A stretch of 40,801 nucleotides of DNA, from assembly GCA_937863565.1 (NCBI GenBank), contig CALMGJ010000028.1:1-40801 (forward strand). Direction: 5' to 3'. Below are positions 38,242 through 40,801 of this stretch, one piece after another. The first letter of the stretch is position 1; each line of letters opens with the position of its first letter. The stretch comes from an uncultured bacterium (lineage in GTDB: Bacteria; AUK180). The position numbers and the translations under genes were made by a program. The notes under the pieces were generated by a model, which saw nothing but the letters and a program-made list of their open reading frames with translations, searched no databases and was not told where the DNA came from.

Positions 38242-38270
38242 TTGAAATCCGGTTAAAAATGTTATAAAAT
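38242..38270 (+). promoter_or_regulatory. promoter of the FHA gene
   Basis: TTGAAA, 17-nt spacer, TAAAAT; GAGGGA SD before the GTG at 38291. Confidence 0.62.
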
Positions 38271-38290
38271 AAAAAAAGAGGGATAAAATA

Positions 38291-38941
38291 GTGCAGACGA
38301 TAATTGTAAAAGAAGGCGAAAGTATAATTCAAACCGTTCATCTCAAGGATAAAACAAAGATAACGATAGGTGCGGACAATGACCGCGATATCGTACTTGA
38401 CAATATTCTCGTTTCACCTCATCATGCAGAGATAGTTAAAAGGGACGATGCCTGGATCTTCAAAGATACCGGAAGCGATGACGGTTCCTTCAAGGACGGT
38501 ATGCGTATCCAGGAACATGTCCTCGAGAACGGGGATGAGATCCAGATAGCGAATTTCGTCCTGTATTACGATTCGGGTTTCCTTTCGGAGGAAGAGACCG
38601 AAACAAAGGTCGTGTACGAAGAATCCCAGCAAAAACAGAAATCCGATACTAACAAGGTGCCAAAACTGCTTGCCCGGGACCAGGAGGGCAAGAACCTTGA
38701 ATATCTCATCGTGAAAACGCAGACAATAATAGGGCGCGGTCTCGGTGCGGATATTATAATAGAGGATATAACCATTTCCCGGATGCATGCCAAGATCATC
38801 ATGCAGAACGGTAAATTCTACCTTAAGGACCTCGATTCTCGAAACGGCACCTTCCTCAATAAGAACAAGATCTCTTTCGCCGAGATCGTGAACGGCGATG
38901 TTGTTACATTCGGCACATACTCTACAAAATTCGTTGTCTGA
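38291..38941 (+). CDS. tandem FHA-domain protein
   Basis: Two FHA units (ITIG...VSPHHAEI...GDEIQI and IIGR...ISRMHAKI...DLDSRNGTFLN...GDVV) joined by an acidic linker. Confidence 0.88.
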   Translation: MQTIIVKEGESIIQTVHLKDKTKITIGADNDRDIVLDNILVSPHHAEIVKRDDAWIFKDTGSDDGSFKDGMRIQEHVLENGDEIQIANFVLYYDSGFLSEEETETKVVYEESQQKQKSDTNKVPKLLARDQEGKNLEYLIVKTQTIIGRGLGADIIIEDITISRMHAKIIMQNGKFYLKDLDSRNGTFLNKNKISFAEIVNGDVVTFGTYSTKFVV

Positions 38942-39809
38942 CATTTTCAAAAGAACACTTGATGCGCTTTCGACCTGTGCGGGAGAATGCCGTCTCTGCC
39001 CCCGCGAATGCGGTGTGGACCGCTATGGTAATAATACGGGTTACTGCGGCATCAACAGCATGAGGATCTCCGCGGCCAATCTTCACTTCGGCGAGGAACC
39101 CCCGGTCTCCGGTTCCGGAGGGTCCGGAACGGTCTTCTTCTCCGGTTGTTCGTTAAAATGCGCTTTCTGCCAGAACTATCCCATTTCTCACTTTCTTTAC
39201 GGCAAAGATAAAAGCGCCGGTGAACTCGCGAATGAATTTATTTCCCTTCAGGAAAAAGGCGCGCACAATATCAATCTTGTCACGCCCACGCATATTTCCT
39301 TCCTTGCTTTCGAAGCTGTCCGTGAAGCGCGCGCCAGAGGCCTCCGGATACCGCTCGTTTATAATACTTCCGGATACGAGCGGGAAGAGATCATCGGGCA
39401 CATTCTCCCGGTCACCGATATATTCCTTTTCGACGTGAAATACGCCGACAACACCCTATCGTCACGCTTCAGCGGGGCGGAAGATTATGTGGAGAACAAC
39501 AGGGCCTCGCTTGAGAGGATCCTTAAAAGCGGAAAGAAGAACCGTTTCGCGGGAGGGATCTTGCGCGAAGGCATCATTGTGCGCCATCTTGTATTGCCGT
39601 CCTGCATCGATAATACAATCGACGTACTGAATTATCTGTCCGGATTTAAAAAACAGATCTATCTGTCATTGATGTTCCAGTATTTTCCTGCCAATAAAGC
39701 CGCAGAAATGCCGGATATAGCAAGAAAAGTATCAAGGGAAGAATACGGGAAAGTGTTAAAGCATTTTGAAAGTTTAAAATTCTCTAAAGGATGGGTTCAG
39801 GAACTCTGA
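38934..39809 (+). CDS. PflX-like radical SAM protein (PFL-activating enzyme family)
   Basis: CRLCPRECGVDR, HFGEEPPVSG, FFSGCSLKCAFCQN, NINLVTPTH, IVRHLVLP. Start uncertain (TTG 38934 or ATG 38898). Confidence 0.85.
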   Translation: MSDIFKRTLDALSTCAGECRLCPRECGVDRYGNNTGYCGINSMRISAANLHFGEEPPVSGSGGSGTVFFSGCSLKCAFCQNYPISHFLYGKDKSAGELANEFISLQEKGAHNINLVTPTHISFLAFEAVREARARGLRIPLVYNTSGYEREEIIGHILPVTDIFLFDVKYADNTLSSRFSGAEDYVENNRASLERILKSGKKNRFAGGILREGIIVRHLVLPSCIDNTIDVLNYLSGFKKQIYLSLMFQYFPANKAAEMPDIARKVSREEYGKVLKHFESLKFSKGWVQEL

Positions 39810-40105
39810 ACGTCTCCGGCCGGGCCGGTTTTATCGATCTTATTTTTTGCCGAGATGAATTCCATCTGAAGACCCGCAACAAGGTTCTTCAGGTATTCAC
39901 CGACTTCGGGAGGGACGTTGTTCACGGTTTTTTCTTTCAGCATCGCGAGCATATCAATATTGATCCGGGCTATATCCAGATCAGTCTTCTTCGTTTTGGT
40001 TACAGGATCATCTACCTTTCCGAGTGCCGCTCCTGCGGCCATTTCAAGCATTTTTATGAGATTGATGAAAAGCAAGTCGTTATAGTTCTTATCTTCAGTT
40101 ACCAT
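39797..40105 (-). CDS. DUF1844 family protein
   Basis: [10 protein letters not shown]...[21 protein letters not shown] pattern. Confidence 0.78.
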   Translation of the reverse strand: MVTEDKNYNDLLFINLIKMLEMAAGAALGKVDDPVTKTKKTDLDIARINIDMLAMLKEKTVNNVPPEVGEYLKNLVAGLQMEFISAKNKIDKTGPAGDVQSS

Positions 40106-40801
40106 TGTTCATCATCTTCATCAGGTTCTCGGCCGTGTTTTCCAAATGCTCGATCTTCTGGGTAAGGAATGTAGATTTGTTGACGACTTCATTGTTCTTT
40201 GATTTCAGTTCCTCGAGTTCATTGTCGATCTGGGATATCTCCCCTATTATAGCAGTGAATTCCCCTATGGTATTCTTAATATCCCCGAGCTGTCTTTGGA
40301 AGTTGGAACTTTCTTTGCTTGAATCATCAATAAGCTTTTCAATGTTCGATTTCAGATTGTTGACCATCTGATTCGCATTTGCCGATACATCGATCTGGCT
40401 TTTGAAAATATTGTCAAGCTCCAGGATGATGTTCTTGATGCCGTTGATGATCCCGGAAGTATCCCGGATATTGCCTTCGGATTTATTCACGAGTTCCTTG
40501 ATATTATTGGCGACCACAGCGAATCCTTTCCCCAGTTCCCCGGCGCGGGCCGCTTCGATGGCCGCATTGAAGGACAGGATATTCGTGCGCTCCGATATCT
40601 CGGTGAGTTTTTTCATTATGACATTGATATTCTCGAGGTTTTCGAAAAGAGCATTGACCTTAGTATGCGATTCCTTGATCATATTGAAAATGTTCTCAAG
40701 GGTCCCCATCGTCTCGATGAACCTTTCATTGGTGCGTTTTGAGATCCCTACGTTCTGGCTGATATTCCCGTCTATCTTCTCGATATTGGTATCGATCTCT
40801 T
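40095..40801 (-). CDS. methyl-accepting chemotaxis protein, C-terminal signalling domain (5' end outside window)
   Basis: [26 protein letters not shown] hairpin tip. The frame stays open to the window edge. Confidence 0.88.
   Translation of the reverse strand, partial: EIDTNIEKIDGNISQNVGISKRTNERFIETMGTLENIFNMIKESHTKVNALFENLENINVIMKKLTEISERTNILSFNAAIEAARAGELGKGFAVVANNIKELVNKSEGNIRDTSGIINGIKNIILELDNIFKSQIDVSANANQMVNNLKSNIEKLIDDSSKESSNFQRQLGDIKNTIGEFTAIIGEISQIDNELEELKSKNNEVVNKSTFLTQKIEHLENTAENLMKMMNNGN

Noticed and set aside
1..40801. CRISPR array, tRNA/rRNA genes, IS elements
   Set aside because: Intergenic spaces are short (the largest is about 220 nt), and no periodic repeats, cloverleaf motifs or transposase ORFs were seen.

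Overview
This window is mostly core-genome DNA from a diderm bacterium (it has a porin and lipoproteins), read in the standard genetic code. The proteins are divergent, which would fit a poorly sampled lineage, but I cannot assign a taxon. There are five blocks. (1) A + strand operon: queD-rnhC-xerD-rlmN-nagZ. (2) A ~22 kb run of tightly coupled - strand genes: nusA-infB-DUF503-rbfA-DHH-truB-rpsO-pnp-dut-tsaB-membrane protein-DUF4390-like-NtrY-like kinase-comF, then djlA-cinA-thpR-addB-addA. (3) A - strand operon: orphan ABC permease-rsmI-GWxTD lipoprotein-Ig-like secreted protein-GAF/GGDEF cyclase-patatin-5'-nucleotidase-like-SGNH-like. (4) A + strand block with three exported hypothetical proteins, a porin, a double-FHA protein and a PflX-like radical SAM enzyme. 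(5) DUF1844 and the C-terminal part of a chemoreceptor on the - strand. I found no rRNA, tRNA, CRISPR array, IS element or prophage. The best candidate for an undescribed system is block 3, where a degenerate and apparently split GWxTD module is linked to a diguanylate cyclase, a patatin and a phosphoesterase with a His-to-Asn active-site change. Also notable are three apparently leaderless promoters sharing one architecture, and addBA sitting where recA usually follows cinA-thpR. All calls come from recognising motifs by eye; no searches were run.
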